DNA from: Candidatus Heimdallarchaeota archaeon
Lineage (GTDB): Archaea > Asgardarchaeota > Heimdallarchaeia > Hodarchaeales > Hodarchaeaceae
Reading direction: 5' to 3'
Length of the DNA stretch: 49,125 nucleotides
NCBI GenBank assembly: GCA_048881705.1
Contig: JBHLSH010000018.1
Span: 1 to 49,125, forward strand
Below are positions 18,319 through 27,410 of the stretch, piece by piece (positions within the stretch are counted from its first letter, which is position 1; each line of letters starts with the position of its first letter). The notes under the pieces were generated by a model. It saw nothing but the letters and a program-made list of their open reading frames with translations. It had not been told where the DNA came from and searched no databases. The position numbers and the translations under genes are program-made.

Positions 18319-19698
18319 GTGAAAAAAATGAATAATTTCCAACGAATCGATCTGAATATCGAGGATATCCCGAGAAATTTTCTCAATATCCTTGCAGATT
18401 TTCCACAAATACCTGGCAAACCGGTAATGAACCCACCGTTGCACCCAGCCACAAGACAACCAGTAGGGCCTAAGGATCTCGCTCCCCTATTCCCCATGGA
18501 ACTTATTAAGCAGGAGGTGTCAATGGATCCTCTGATTCCAATTCCTGAAGAAGTTCTTGAAATTTATCGAAGATATCGCCCGACGCCATTGTTTCGTGCA
18601 GCTCGGTTAGAGAAGGCACTGAAGACATCAGCGAAGATTTTCTACAAATATGAAGGTGTAAATCCCCCTGGTTCCCACAAACCCAACACTGCAATCGCTC
18701 AAGCCTATTATAATGCCAGGGAAGGTACCGAAAAACTTGTAACAGAGACGGGAGCAGGACAGTGGGGCACGGCACTTGCCTACGCTGGTGCATTTTTCGA
18801 TTTGGATATTGAAGTGTTCATGGTAAAGATATCTTATGAACAAAAGCCCTTCCGACGAACACTTATGGAGTTATATGGTGCCACGGTCCATCCATCGCCC
18901 TCTATGTATACTGATGTCGGAAAAAGGATTCTATCAGAGCAGCCCAACCACCCTGGATCCCTAGGTACGGCTATTTCGGAGTCAATTGAAAGAACAGTAA
19001 GAAGCGAAAATACCAAATATTCTCTTGGCTCCGTTCTTAACCATGTTCTCCTTCATCAAACAATCATTGGCCAAGAGGCACGTCAACAGCTGGCACAGAT
19101 AGATGAGACCGCAGATATCCTGATCGGCTGTCTCGGAGGGGGTTCGAACTTCGGTGGTTTTGCTTTTCCGTTTATCCGTGATAAACTACGTGGTAAAAAT
19201 CCTGAACTTCGGTCTATTGCGGTAGAGTCAACTGCAGCTCCCAAGCTTACACAAGGACATATCTCGTATGATTTTGGAGATACGGGCCAAATGACCCCTC
19301 TGATGTACATGCATACGCTTGGGCACAAGTTCATTCCAGCTCCTGTACACGCTGGAGGCCTTCGCTATCATGGATGTGCGCCGTTGGTTACTCACCTCCT
19401 GGAACACCATCAAATCGAGGCTGAAGCTTATGATCAGATGAAGGTCTTTGAAGCTGCACAATTGTTTACGAAAAGCGAAGGGATAGTTCCTGCTCCAGAA
19501 TCAGCTCATGCTGTTGCATCCGCTATTGATCATGCCCGAGAAATTACTGATAACGAGGTAACGATTGTTTTTAACTTATCTGGTCATGGTTTGCTGGATT
19601 TATTGGGCTACAAGGAATTCTTGGCTCAAGAGCTCCCCATATTTCAAATTGACAAAACGGAGATTATCAAGTCTCTCGAACAGATTCCCCAGCTTTAA
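18319..19698 (+). CDS. trpB2: TrpB-like PLP enzyme (tryptophan synthase beta chain 2)
   Basis: It has the PLP lysine motif PGSHKPNTA plus TETGAGQWG, GGGSNF, HAGGLRYHG, PAPESAHA and FNLSGHG. Confidence 0.95.
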   Translation: MKKMNNFQRIDLNIEDIPRNFLNILADFPQIPGKPVMNPPLHPATRQPVGPKDLAPLFPMELIKQEVSMDPLIPIPEEVLEIYRRYRPTPLFRAARLEKALKTSAKIFYKYEGVNPPGSHKPNTAIAQAYYNAREGTEKLVTETGAGQWGTALAYAGAFFDLDIEVFMVKISYEQKPFRRTLMELYGATVHPSPSMYTDVGKRILSEQPNHPGSLGTAISESIERTVRSENTKYSLGSVLNHVLLHQTIIGQEARQQLAQIDETADILIGCLGGGSNFGGFAFPFIRDKLRGKNPELRSIAVESTAAPKLTQGHISYDFGDTGQMTPLMYMHTLGHKFIPAPVHAGGLRYHGCAPLVTHLLEHHQIEAEAYDQMKVFEAAQLFTKSEGIVPAPESAHAVASAIDHAREITDNEVTIVFNLSGHGLLDLLGYKEFLAQELPIFQIDKTEIIKSLEQIPQL

Positions 19699-19742
19699 AA
19701 AGGAATAGGACAGAAATCGAACGTCCTTCTATCCCCTTTTTC
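19698..19742 (+). terminator. Imperfect hairpin with T-tail immediately after the trpB2 stop
   Basis: AAAAGG..ATAG-GGAC-type arm pairs with GTCC..CTAT..CCTTTT, followed by a pyrimidine tract. Confidence 0.3.
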
Positions 19743-19746
19743 CCAA

Positions 19747-19849
19747 TTACCTTCTACTTGGCTTGAAGACGTGAAAGTTTTCAACGTCCTTTCTTAATGA
19801 CGATTGGTCGTTTATGACTTCGACCAATACCTTCCTCGGTAGAAGGTAA
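19747..19849. ncRNA. Candidate structured non-coding element (three-way junction)
   Basis: An outer 11-bp stem TTACCTTCTAC (19747-57)/GTAGAAGGTAA (19839-49) encloses two hairpins: GACGTGAAA..TTTCAACGTC (~19768-88) and ATTGGTCG/CGACCAAT (19803-28). Strand and family are unknown. Confidence 0.35.
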
Positions 19850-20105
19850 CCAGGTGAAAAATCAACGATCGTTGGAGTTACAGGCCTATACTTTTAACGG
19901 GCCCATTTAGCAAATTCCAGGTTTGTAACCACGAATGTGATCTTTTGTGTCGGATTTGTAACCACTTACTACCTCGACCCCGCTTGAAAAGGCTAATTAA
20001 GCTAACACTAGGTCTCAGTCTCATCATAGTTCATTCACTATAAGAAGAGTTATTTCAGCTGGAGCCTCATTTACCAATCATTGAACACTTGATAGGTGCA
20101 TAATC

Positions 20106-20963
20106 ATGTTTTTGACACTATTTCCGCCAATTAAAATTGATGGTACAAAGGAATTGGAGCTTTCCATTGAAGGGTTAGAAACTCTCAAGCAGGTTCATGT
20201 TACTCCAGAGAAAATAACCGTTTTAATGGAAAAAGAAGGAACAGCTCGTCATTATGACATACTTACATTCAATAATCCCATAAAAGATGTCCATAAACGG
20301 ATAGATCCAGGAGAGGGACAAGAGGAGTTTCCACTTGAATTAATGCCCTTAATCACGATTGAATTTTTGGAAATGTTAGCTCTGAAGATTGGGGGTTACA
20401 CACTCATTAGTAATGACCCTCCTGAGGTTGGATTCGGTGAATTTTGGAGGGGGGATCGATATCCCATTTCTATAAGGGGAAGTAGGAGAGAATTATACCC
20501 TAATGTCGCTGAACTGAAACCAATGAGAAGAGATTATATCGTAGCATTGGAAGGCTTGTTAAACATCGATTTTGAAGAACAGCTGGAAAATTCGTTGGCC
20601 ACCTTCATTGATAATGTGTTAAAACCCATGACAGACACAATGAATGGATTATTCGATAGACGAAGGGATCTGGATAGTGATGAGGCCGTGATCAATATAA
20701 TAGGGAGTGACTTCAAACGACTCATCACTCGTACGGAAGAGCTCATTTCCATTGTTAATTATAATATGAACCAAACCTCCGAAAGGAATAAGGCGTTTTT
20801 AAGACTAACACTTCCACTTATGGCCAAACAGGCACTCATCGAGAACTATGAAGAGTATTTTGACCTGGAAAAACACGAAAACCTGACTAGGGTTCACATA
20901 AAGAAAAGAAAATCACTAACAGCAGAAGAAATGGCACGCATTACCGAGAAAATGTTTTCATAG
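20106..20963 (+). CDS. Hypothetical protein (285 aa)
   Basis: It is a long ORF with globular composition, an ATG preceded by AGGTG, and no family I recognise. Confidence 0.75.
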   Translation: MFLTLFPPIKIDGTKELELSIEGLETLKQVHVTPEKITVLMEKEGTARHYDILTFNNPIKDVHKRIDPGEGQEEFPLELMPLITIEFLEMLALKIGGYTLISNDPPEVGFGEFWRGDRYPISIRGSRRELYPNVAELKPMRRDYIVALEGLLNIDFEEQLENSLATFIDNVLKPMTDTMNGLFDRRRDLDSDEAVINIIGSDFKRLITRTEELISIVNYNMNQTSERNKAFLRLTLPLMAKQALIENYEEYFDLEKHENLTRVHIKKRKSLTAEEMARITEKMFS

Positions 20964-21005
20964 ATTGAGGCATCAGATCCCATCAGGATTGGACGCGTTG
21001 GTAAC

Positions 21006-21629
21006 CTGGATTTATCCCAATCTAAGCTTGTAGAACTAATCTCTTGTGCCCGGGGAGAGATTCCAGCCGATCTTGCGATAATTAATGGTGTCATTGTAAG
21101 TGTGATAACACGAGAACTCTATCAAGCTGATATGTCCGTATATTCGGACCGCATCGTCAATATCACTCCACCTGGTGGATTAGAATCTCCGAAATTACCT
21201 GTTAAACGCATCTTAGATGCCTCTTCTAAATATGTCTCGCCTGGATTGATCGAATTCCACTTTCATCTTGAACCAACCTTTTTAATGCCTATAGAGTAAA
21301 CAAAGGTTGTCATTATGGATGGAACCGATTGTTTTACATTGATACGGGCTATAAAGAAAATCAACGAAATCGATGGTGGATATGTGCTCATAACCGGCGG
21401 ATCTGAAAAAACCCTAAGTTTGCCTTTCGTGGGATTCGTAAGCATCGAGTCATACCAGCATGTGAGCCGTAAATTAAAGCAAATGCTTTCTAATACACAT
21501 ACCAAACATAAAAATCCCCTTATGGCGCACTCCTTCCTTTCTCTTCCTGTTATTCCCCATTTAAGACTGACAGATAAAGGTCTAGTTGATGTCGACCGTT
21601 GTGAGTTTGTTGATTTAGTTACCAGCTGA
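21006..21629 (+). pseudogene. ade: Adenine deaminase remnant with large internal deletion and a TAA stop
   Basis: The N-part is ARGEIPADLAIING...YVSPGLIEFHFHLE...MPIE*. The C-part ...GG.V.....LSLPFVGFVS...NPLMAHSFLSLPVIPHLRLTDKGLVDV is the typical Ade C-terminus. Both are in the same frame, separated by TAA at 21297-21299, and total only ~205 codons. Confidence 0.75.
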
Positions 21630-21806
21630 GAATCCTCTCCAGAAACTTGATAAAGATACAACCACCTTCAGTAGTAGAACCACTGAAGTGAAAGAAGACA
21701 TGCTTATTCTGTTCCCACTGTGGGAAACATTGACAGTGATGGAACATGACTACGTTGACCAATCTAATTCGTTACCGAGCAGTAAAAAAGTCTTAGTTGA
21801 AGTAGA

Positions 21807-22172
21807 ATGAACGGCATCATACCGCACGCAATCTATAACCTCCCCATAAGCTATACTTTATTGTCTAGCAGGGGTTACGAATTAGAATTTACGGGGTCCT
21901 TATCCTATCATGTTATAGATCTTGAACGATTACGTGAAGTCACAGAAGGAGAGCTGGAAGTACCCGTGGTAAACACATTGTTAAATTTCATTATTCAGCA
22001 AACCATTAATTCCATGCTCAAGGACCTAGCGATTGAGGAACTTGATGAAAAACGACCTATTATAATAAATCGGCTTAAAGTTGCCTTTCGTAATGAATTC
22101 TGGGCACGGGGATTAGAATTCATAGATTTCCAAAACTTTATAGTTTGGAGTTTCGATAGCGGCGGCACCTGA
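21807..22172 (+). CDS. Small protein resembling the SPFH/Band-7 core (no TM, no N-terminal strands)
   Basis: The pattern G.LSY.V.D......IQ.TI...L....IEEL...R..I...L.......GL.....(F)I.. resembles the Band-7 core. The similarity is weak and judged by eye. Confidence 0.45.
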   Translation: MNGIIPHAIYNLPISYTLLSSRGYELEFTGSLSYHVIDLERLREVTEGELEVPVVNTLLNFIIQQTINSMLKDLAIEELDEKRPIIINRLKVAFRNEFWARGLEFIDFQNFIVWSFDSGGT

Positions 22173-22215
22173 GTTTCAGGGGCCTTTTTTCTTTTGATAC
22201 CAAAGAGGAACGCAT

Positions 22216-22764
22216 TTGCCGCTTATATTAATAGTCGGACTCCCTGGAACAGGGAAAACTACCTTTGCTCGTGAGCTCCAAACTTTTCTACCGGCGGATG
22301 TCATCTACTTAAGTACAGATAGTATTAGAAGAAATATATTTCAACCAACGACCGTTCGTGCTGATCCCGTCGAATACAATGAAGGCATTTACTCTACCGC
22401 CAGTAAGGATTTAATATATCAGATCCTATATTTTATCGGGGAACTCTTACTCGGTTTAAACCATGTCCTCATCATCGATGGAACTTTTTATACACAGGAA
22501 AAACGAAAACGATTTTTCAGTATCTGTGAGCGATTGAATCAAGATATTATACTTATCGAAACGAGATGTTCTGAAGAGATAGTAAGAGCAAGGCTAGAAA
22601 AAAGGATACGACAGGGGGAATCAGCGAGTGATGCTGATTTCCGAATCTATCTCAAGATAAAAGAGCAATTTGAACCTCTCGAGCACGACCATATCACGGT
22701 GAACACCGAACTCGATCCCATCCCAGTCTTAGAGGAAGTGAAAAAGCGACTTGAAAGCCTTTAA
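22216..22764 (+). CDS. AAA_33 / gluconate-kinase-like P-loop kinase
   Basis: It has GLPGTGKTT, STDSIRR, IIDGTF and VRARLEKR..SDAD. The start codon is TTG. Confidence 0.85.
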   Translation: MPLILIVGLPGTGKTTFARELQTFLPADVIYLSTDSIRRNIFQPTTVRADPVEYNEGIYSTASKDLIYQILYFIGELLLGLNHVLIIDGTFYTQEKRKRFFSICERLNQDIILIETRCSEEIVRARLEKRIRQGESASDADFRIYLKIKEQFEPLEHDHITVNTELDPIPVLEEVKKRLESL

Positions 22765-23731
22765 TCCTGACTTACTTACTTCTCCGGAAGCATATCCGCA
22801 TTCAATAAAAGAGGAAATCGTGGTACGGGAAACTCATGTATCCTGGGTTTTTTTAACTGGGGATTACGCCTATAAAATTAAGAAAGAAGTGAAATTTGGA
22901 GATATTCTGGATTTTTCTACTTTAGAACTGAGGAAAAAGTTCTGTGAAAAGGAAGTTGAGCTAAATTCACGTTTTTCGCCCGACATCTATTTAGGGACCT
23001 TTACTATTGATGAGAATGGAATCATTAATGGAAAAGGAGAGATTATTGAGTACGGTGTCCTAATGAAACAGCTTCCCGAAGAGCGCCTTATGAGTAACCT
23101 CTTGGCAGAAAAAAAAGTAACCGCGAGTGTTATCCGTAAAATCGCACTTAGTTTAGCGGAGTTTCATAATAATGCTGAGAAAGTTCCAGAGTGGGGTCAT
23201 CTAAAATTCATAGAAGAAAAATGGGATGAGAATTTTCGGACTACCTCGCAGTTTCGCAAAATAGATCCTGATTTTCGGCGAAAAGTTGAAGGATTCATGT
23301 TGGGTAATCGGGGCCTTTTCCAGGAACGTATCAATGAGGGTCGAATTACTGACAACCATGGTGATCTTCAAAGCCATAATATATTCCTATTACCCGAAGA
23401 GGAAGTAAGAATCTTTGATTGTATCGAATTCAATCCCTTATTACGGTACGGGGACGTTGCTGAGGATGTTGGATTTCTTGCTATGGATATCGACTACTGG
23501 GATGAACCTGCCCTCTCCAAAACATTTGTAAACGCATACATCGAGCACAGTGGGGATGAAATGCTTGAGGAAAACATTGCATTCTTTAAATCCTATAGAG
23601 CTTATGTTCGGGGCAAAGTTTATGGATTTCAGGCAACCAATGAACCGAATGAGGAGGAAAAACAGAAGCAGCTCCAGAAGTCGGTAAGATATTTCGAATT
23701 AGCACATTCCTATGCTTCAGATTTTGCCTGA
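22751..23731 (+). CDS. COG2187-type aminoglycoside-phosphotransferase-like protein
   Basis: It has ETHVSWVFL, AYKIKK, CEKEVELN, HGDLQSHNIF, FDCIEFN and FFKSYRAYVRGKV, and overlaps the upstream kinase gene. Confidence 0.85.
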   Translation: MKAFNPDLLTSPEAYPHSIKEEIVVRETHVSWVFLTGDYAYKIKKEVKFGDILDFSTLELRKKFCEKEVELNSRFSPDIYLGTFTIDENGIINGKGEIIEYGVLMKQLPEERLMSNLLAEKKVTASVIRKIALSLAEFHNNAEKVPEWGHLKFIEEKWDENFRTTSQFRKIDPDFRRKVEGFMLGNRGLFQERINEGRITDNHGDLQSHNIFLLPEEEVRIFDCIEFNPLLRYGDVAEDVGFLAMDIDYWDEPALSKTFVNAYIEHSGDEMLEENIAFFKSYRAYVRGKVYGFQATNEPNEEEKQKQLQKSVRYFELAHSYASDFA

Positions 23732-23740
23732 TTTTTTAAT

Positions 23741-24919
23741 TTATGGCCGTTCAATTATCATACTGACCGATTCACCGCCACCTAGACAGATCGTGGCCAA
23801 ACCTCTTTTTTTCTGTCTATTCACGAGGCCGTAATAGAGGGTGGTTAGTATGCGAGCTCCAGATGCTCCTAAGGGATGTCCTAATGCCACAGCTCCACCT
23901 TTTATATTGAATATCTCATCTGGGATTTTCAATTCGTTTTGAACTGCACAACTCGCAGATGCAAAGGCTTCGTTGTGTTCTACAAGATCTAGATCTTTAA
24001 TAGAAAGCCCTGATTTATTGAGCAGGTTTTTAACTCCCTCTATGGGTGCTTCCATGACCCATTCTGGTTTCGTAGCAGATGTTCCATAATCAACTATTCG
24101 CGCGAGAATCGGAATTCCATTATCTTTGGCAAAATCCTCATCCATCACAATGGTTGCGCTGGCCCCATCGGAAATTGGAGAGGCATTGCCAGCTGTAACC
24201 CGTCCATCTTTTTTGAACACCGGTTTAAGTTTCGTTAATGCCTCTATGCTAGTATCCTTCCTGGGTCCCTCATCTTGAGAGATTGTTCGGGTTCCCTTTT
24301 GAGTTGGTACTTCGACGGGCACTATTTCTTCGGTGAATGTTCCATTCTCCATGGCTCCTGCTGCTAAATTGTGGCTACGGTACGCAAATTTATCCATTTC
24401 TTCTCGAGAAATATCAAAACGATCTGCAATTATTTCTCCAGTCATTCCCATCGCAAAATCGTTATAAATATCATATAATCCGTCATGATGCATGGAATCG
24501 ATCAATTCTGCATTTCCATACCGATAACCCCCCCGTGCTTTTGGTATTAGATATGGGGCCATGGACATGTTCTCCATTCCTCCTGCAACTACTGTCTTAT
24601 AATCGCCAGCTTTGATAGTCTGTGCCGCCCATACTACTGCCATCAAACTCGAACCACAAACCTTATTCACGGTTACAGCTCCGATTGACACAGGAAGCCC
24701 AGCATATATAGCGGCTTGTCTCGCAGGGTTCTGGGCGCAGCCCGCAGTGATGACTTGGCCCATCAAAACATGTTCAATGAGCTCTGGTGCTAGATCAATT
24801 CTTTTAACAGCCTCTTTTATTGCCACGGCCCCAAGTTTAGTTGCAGGATAATTAGCGAATGCTTTTAGGAGTTTCCCCATGGGGGTTCTTACAAAACTGA
24901 CGAGTACTGGTTGGTTCAT
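23741..24919 (-). CDS. Thiolase (acetyl-CoA C-acyltransferase)
   Basis: It has NKVCGS (catalytic Cys), VTAGNASPISDGA, EHNEAFA, GHPLGASG and CLGGG. Confidence 0.95.
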   Translation of the reverse strand: MNQPVLVSFVRTPMGKLLKAFANYPATKLGAVAIKEAVKRIDLAPELIEHVLMGQVITAGCAQNPARQAAIYAGLPVSIGAVTVNKVCGSSLMAVVWAAQTIKAGDYKTVVAGGMENMSMAPYLIPKARGGYRYGNAELIDSMHHDGLYDIYNDFAMGMTGEIIADRFDISREEMDKFAYRSHNLAAGAMENGTFTEEIVPVEVPTQKGTRTISQDEGPRKDTSIEALTKLKPVFKKDGRVTAGNASPISDGASATIVMDEDFAKDNGIPILARIVDYGTSATKPEWVMEAPIEGVKNLLNKSGLSIKDLDLVEHNEAFASASCAVQNELKIPDEIFNIKGGAVALGHPLGASGARILTTLYYGLVNRQKKRGLATICLGGGESVSMIIERP

Positions 24920-25123
24920 TATAAGACACCATTAAAACTATCTTTACCTGGTCACAGAGTATCTAACCGTAATTATTCTCAGATTTAACAAAAAGAGATC
25001 GTTAGGAACACCAAAGCACAAATGCTCAAAACCAATTGAAAACATCGGAATTGGCCGCGGTCACACTAGCAACGAAGATTGGAGAGTAGGAAAATCATTG
25101 AACGTGAATGAAATATTTGCAAT

Positions 25124-26467
25124 TCACGGTAAATCGCTTGAAGGTTCAGTGATCGGTTCGACGCTTGGAATGGTCTGTACGCCTTGAATTTCTTCCTCCT
25201 GAATTGTAGCCTCTACCCTAGTAAAACCCGTAAAGAACCACGAATATCCTAAGAAGAACATCCCAATTCCACCTGAGAGAAGAAAAAAGTTTATAATTCC
25301 AATGGCTCCCGCAATAGCACCAGTTACAATCATTGCAAGAGGGGCAGTTATTTGGGCAATTGTTATTCTAACTGAAAAGACACGGCCCAACTTTTCTGGA
25401 GGAACAACACTCTGCCATATAGTCTGAGAAGAAACATTTGCGACTGGGAGCATAAAACCTCCAATAAACATTCCGATATATGCCACCAAAAAAAGCTGGA
25501 AAGGTGTAAGCGCAATTATGAATAGCCCAATGTACATAGAAAAGATCCCAACTCCAACACCATATGCGTTATTTGAAAATCCTTTCCAACTAGACATCAG
25601 CAAAGCTCCCAAGATCAATCCTGCCTGCTGGGCAGCCATCATTAATGCGAGGTCTCCTGGACCTCCCAAATGAACCTTTGTTACGTAAAGAGGAAGAAGA
25701 ATAAACAGGGGGGTTACGAAAAAGTTTGCTGCTGTAAATACGGATAGTAATGCCAATAAACCTCTTTTCTTCCTTATGAAATCCATACCTTCAGATAATT
25801 CAGCACGAAAAGGCGTTTTTTCCTTCTTAGCCGAATCTATGACTGAAGGAATGCTAATTATGATTGTTGGGACAACTGCAAAGACAAAAGTAATAGCATC
25901 TAGCCAGAGAACCTCATATAATAGCCAATATTCAAGGAGCAGCGCTCCAACTACAGGCCCGATTAGATAGATTAAACCATTTGCAAGGTATTGGATCCCA
26001 TTTAACCTGCTGAGCTTATCCTTTGGAACGAGAAGGGGAGTAATTGCCTGAACGGCTGGCCCATGAAACGCTTGGAACACCGCTCGAATGGCGGTGACAG
26101 CTAAAACGATCCAAACATCGGCCTGTCCCACCATAAACAAGTAGATTAAAACTACGGTAACCAAGGCTTGAATAAAATCAACAGTAGCAATAACCTTTTT
26201 ACGACTCCATCTATCCACGAATACCCCAGCGATAGGCGTTAGTACAATCGTGGGCCCAAATCCGGCCAAGGCTGCTAATGCCAAAAAGGCCTCACTATTT
26301 GTTTCAAGGGTAATCCACCAGATTATAGCGAACTGGACGACACTTGAACCCAGCAATGAGACCATTTGTCCAACCAAGAAGAATATATAGCCCCTAAAAT
26401 TGTATTGGGGCTCTTGATTTTCGGGTTCATTGATGGAGCCGTTTGTACTCACTGTATTATTCTCCAA
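25124..26467 (-). CDS. MFS efflux transporter (MefA/DHA3-like)
   Basis: It has a 12-TM hydrophobic pattern with GQMVSLLGS, GVFVDRWSRKKV and LSRLNG. Confidence 0.9.
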   Translation of the reverse strand: MENNTVSTNGSINEPENQEPQYNFRGYIFFLVGQMVSLLGSSVVQFAIIWWITLETNSEAFLALAALAGFGPTIVLTPIAGVFVDRWSRKKVIATVDFIQALVTVVLIYLFMVGQADVWIVLAVTAIRAVFQAFHGPAVQAITPLLVPKDKLSRLNGIQYLANGLIYLIGPVVGALLLEYWLLYEVLWLDAITFVFAVVPTIIISIPSVIDSAKKEKTPFRAELSEGMDFIRKKRGLLALLSVFTAANFFVTPLFILLPLYVTKVHLGGPGDLALMMAAQQAGLILGALLMSSWKGFSNNAYGVGVGIFSMYIGLFIIALTPFQLFLVAYIGMFIGGFMLPVANVSSQTIWQSVVPPEKLGRVFSVRITIAQITAPLAMIVTGAIAGAIGIINFFLLSGGIGMFFLGYSWFFTGFTRVEATIQEEEIQGVQTIPSVEPITEPSSDLP

Positions 26468-26534
26468 ATAACGATTTAGTCGCGCACTGAATCGAGTGAT
26501 TTTTAAGCTATCTTATGTGGCAATGTTAGTGAAC

Positions 26535-27287
26535 ATGGATCACGTCAACCTTGGTTCATCTCCAGAAACAGGAAAATTATTGCCTTTGATACCCCAAAAT
26601 ATCCTTAAATCACCAGCCAGAGACAGAATCCTGAATCACTGGGCCGTGATTCCAGCGATTGAGGATATTACAGATTTTTCCGCGTTTGATCTAATCACAA
26701 AATCTGAGGTTCGATCTGCGATTATGGACCTAATGCGCTTGGGAAGCGAAGAATTCGATCCAGTTACGGAAACAACTGTGGTACGACATGCATTTACCGC
26801 AAAAGAAATGCTTGCACTAATACGAAGCCAAATAAAGAAAAAAATCACACTCTCGAATGTCTATTTCCATCTAGGACTTCTTGAAGAGAAGGGGTTCATT
26901 GAACCAATTGCGTCGATTAAAATCGGAAGAACTACAACTTCTTTCTTTGGAAGAAAGGCCAAGCTCTTCTTCGCGCTAGCGGATTCAGGAAAAGAGGAAT
27001 TCTTGGAAGATGATAAGACTGGTAAGTTTCTGGCTTTACTTGCTGAAATGGATCCAAGTGCATCTCTTACCGATCACAAGGAACTCATGAACCAGCTTCG
27101 TGAGCGAAGAAATGAACTGCATTCATCGATCAAGAAATGGATTTCCCTGGAAGAAAATGAGAAGATGCTTGTTAAGCTAAATATAGATTTGCGAGATCTT
27201 TACGGTTTTCTTTTATTCGTTCTCTCTGAAAGTCAACTTCCAAACGAGACCAGTCTAAAAATGGCCAAAATTCTCAACATAAAATGA
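26535..27287 (+). CDS. Winged-helix transcriptional regulator, divergent from the MFS gene
   Basis: TAKEM...ITLSNVYFHLGLLEEKGFIE is a wHTH pattern. The start is uncertain (26496, 26523 or 26535). Confidence 0.65.
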   Translation: MDHVNLGSSPETGKLLPLIPQNILKSPARDRILNHWAVIPAIEDITDFSAFDLITKSEVRSAIMDLMRLGSEEFDPVTETTVVRHAFTAKEMLALIRSQIKKKITLSNVYFHLGLLEEKGFIEPIASIKIGRTTTSFFGRKAKLFFALADSGKEEFLEDDKTGKFLALLAEMDPSASLTDHKELMNQLRERRNELHSSIKKWISLEENEKMLVKLNIDLRDLYGFLLFVLSESQLPNETSLKMAKILNIK

Positions 27288-27410
27288 ATTGGTTAATTGC
27301 TTCCGCTTTTGTGTTCTAGGTTTTTGTGGGGCGATTTCTAACTTATCCATCATTTTGCTGAATGACTACTTACTGTAAATTGCTAATTAAATCTGAGATC
27401 CTTACATCCA

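Noticed and set aside
18319-19698. trpB2 without trpA as a novelty
   Set aside because: Stand-alone TrpB2 is well known in archaea.
19747-19849. Hammerhead ribozyme or tRNA
   Set aside because: It lacks the CUGANGA/GAAA core and the tRNA D/T-loop consensus. It is kept only as an unclassified structured element.
19922-19965. Mini-CRISPR array
   Set aside because: There are only two 11-bp repeats, far shorter than CRISPR repeats, and no leader or cas genes.
21666-21688. Hairpin CTTCAGT/ACTGAAG after the ade remnant
   Set aside because: It is a single 7-bp stem without a U-tract, too weak to call.
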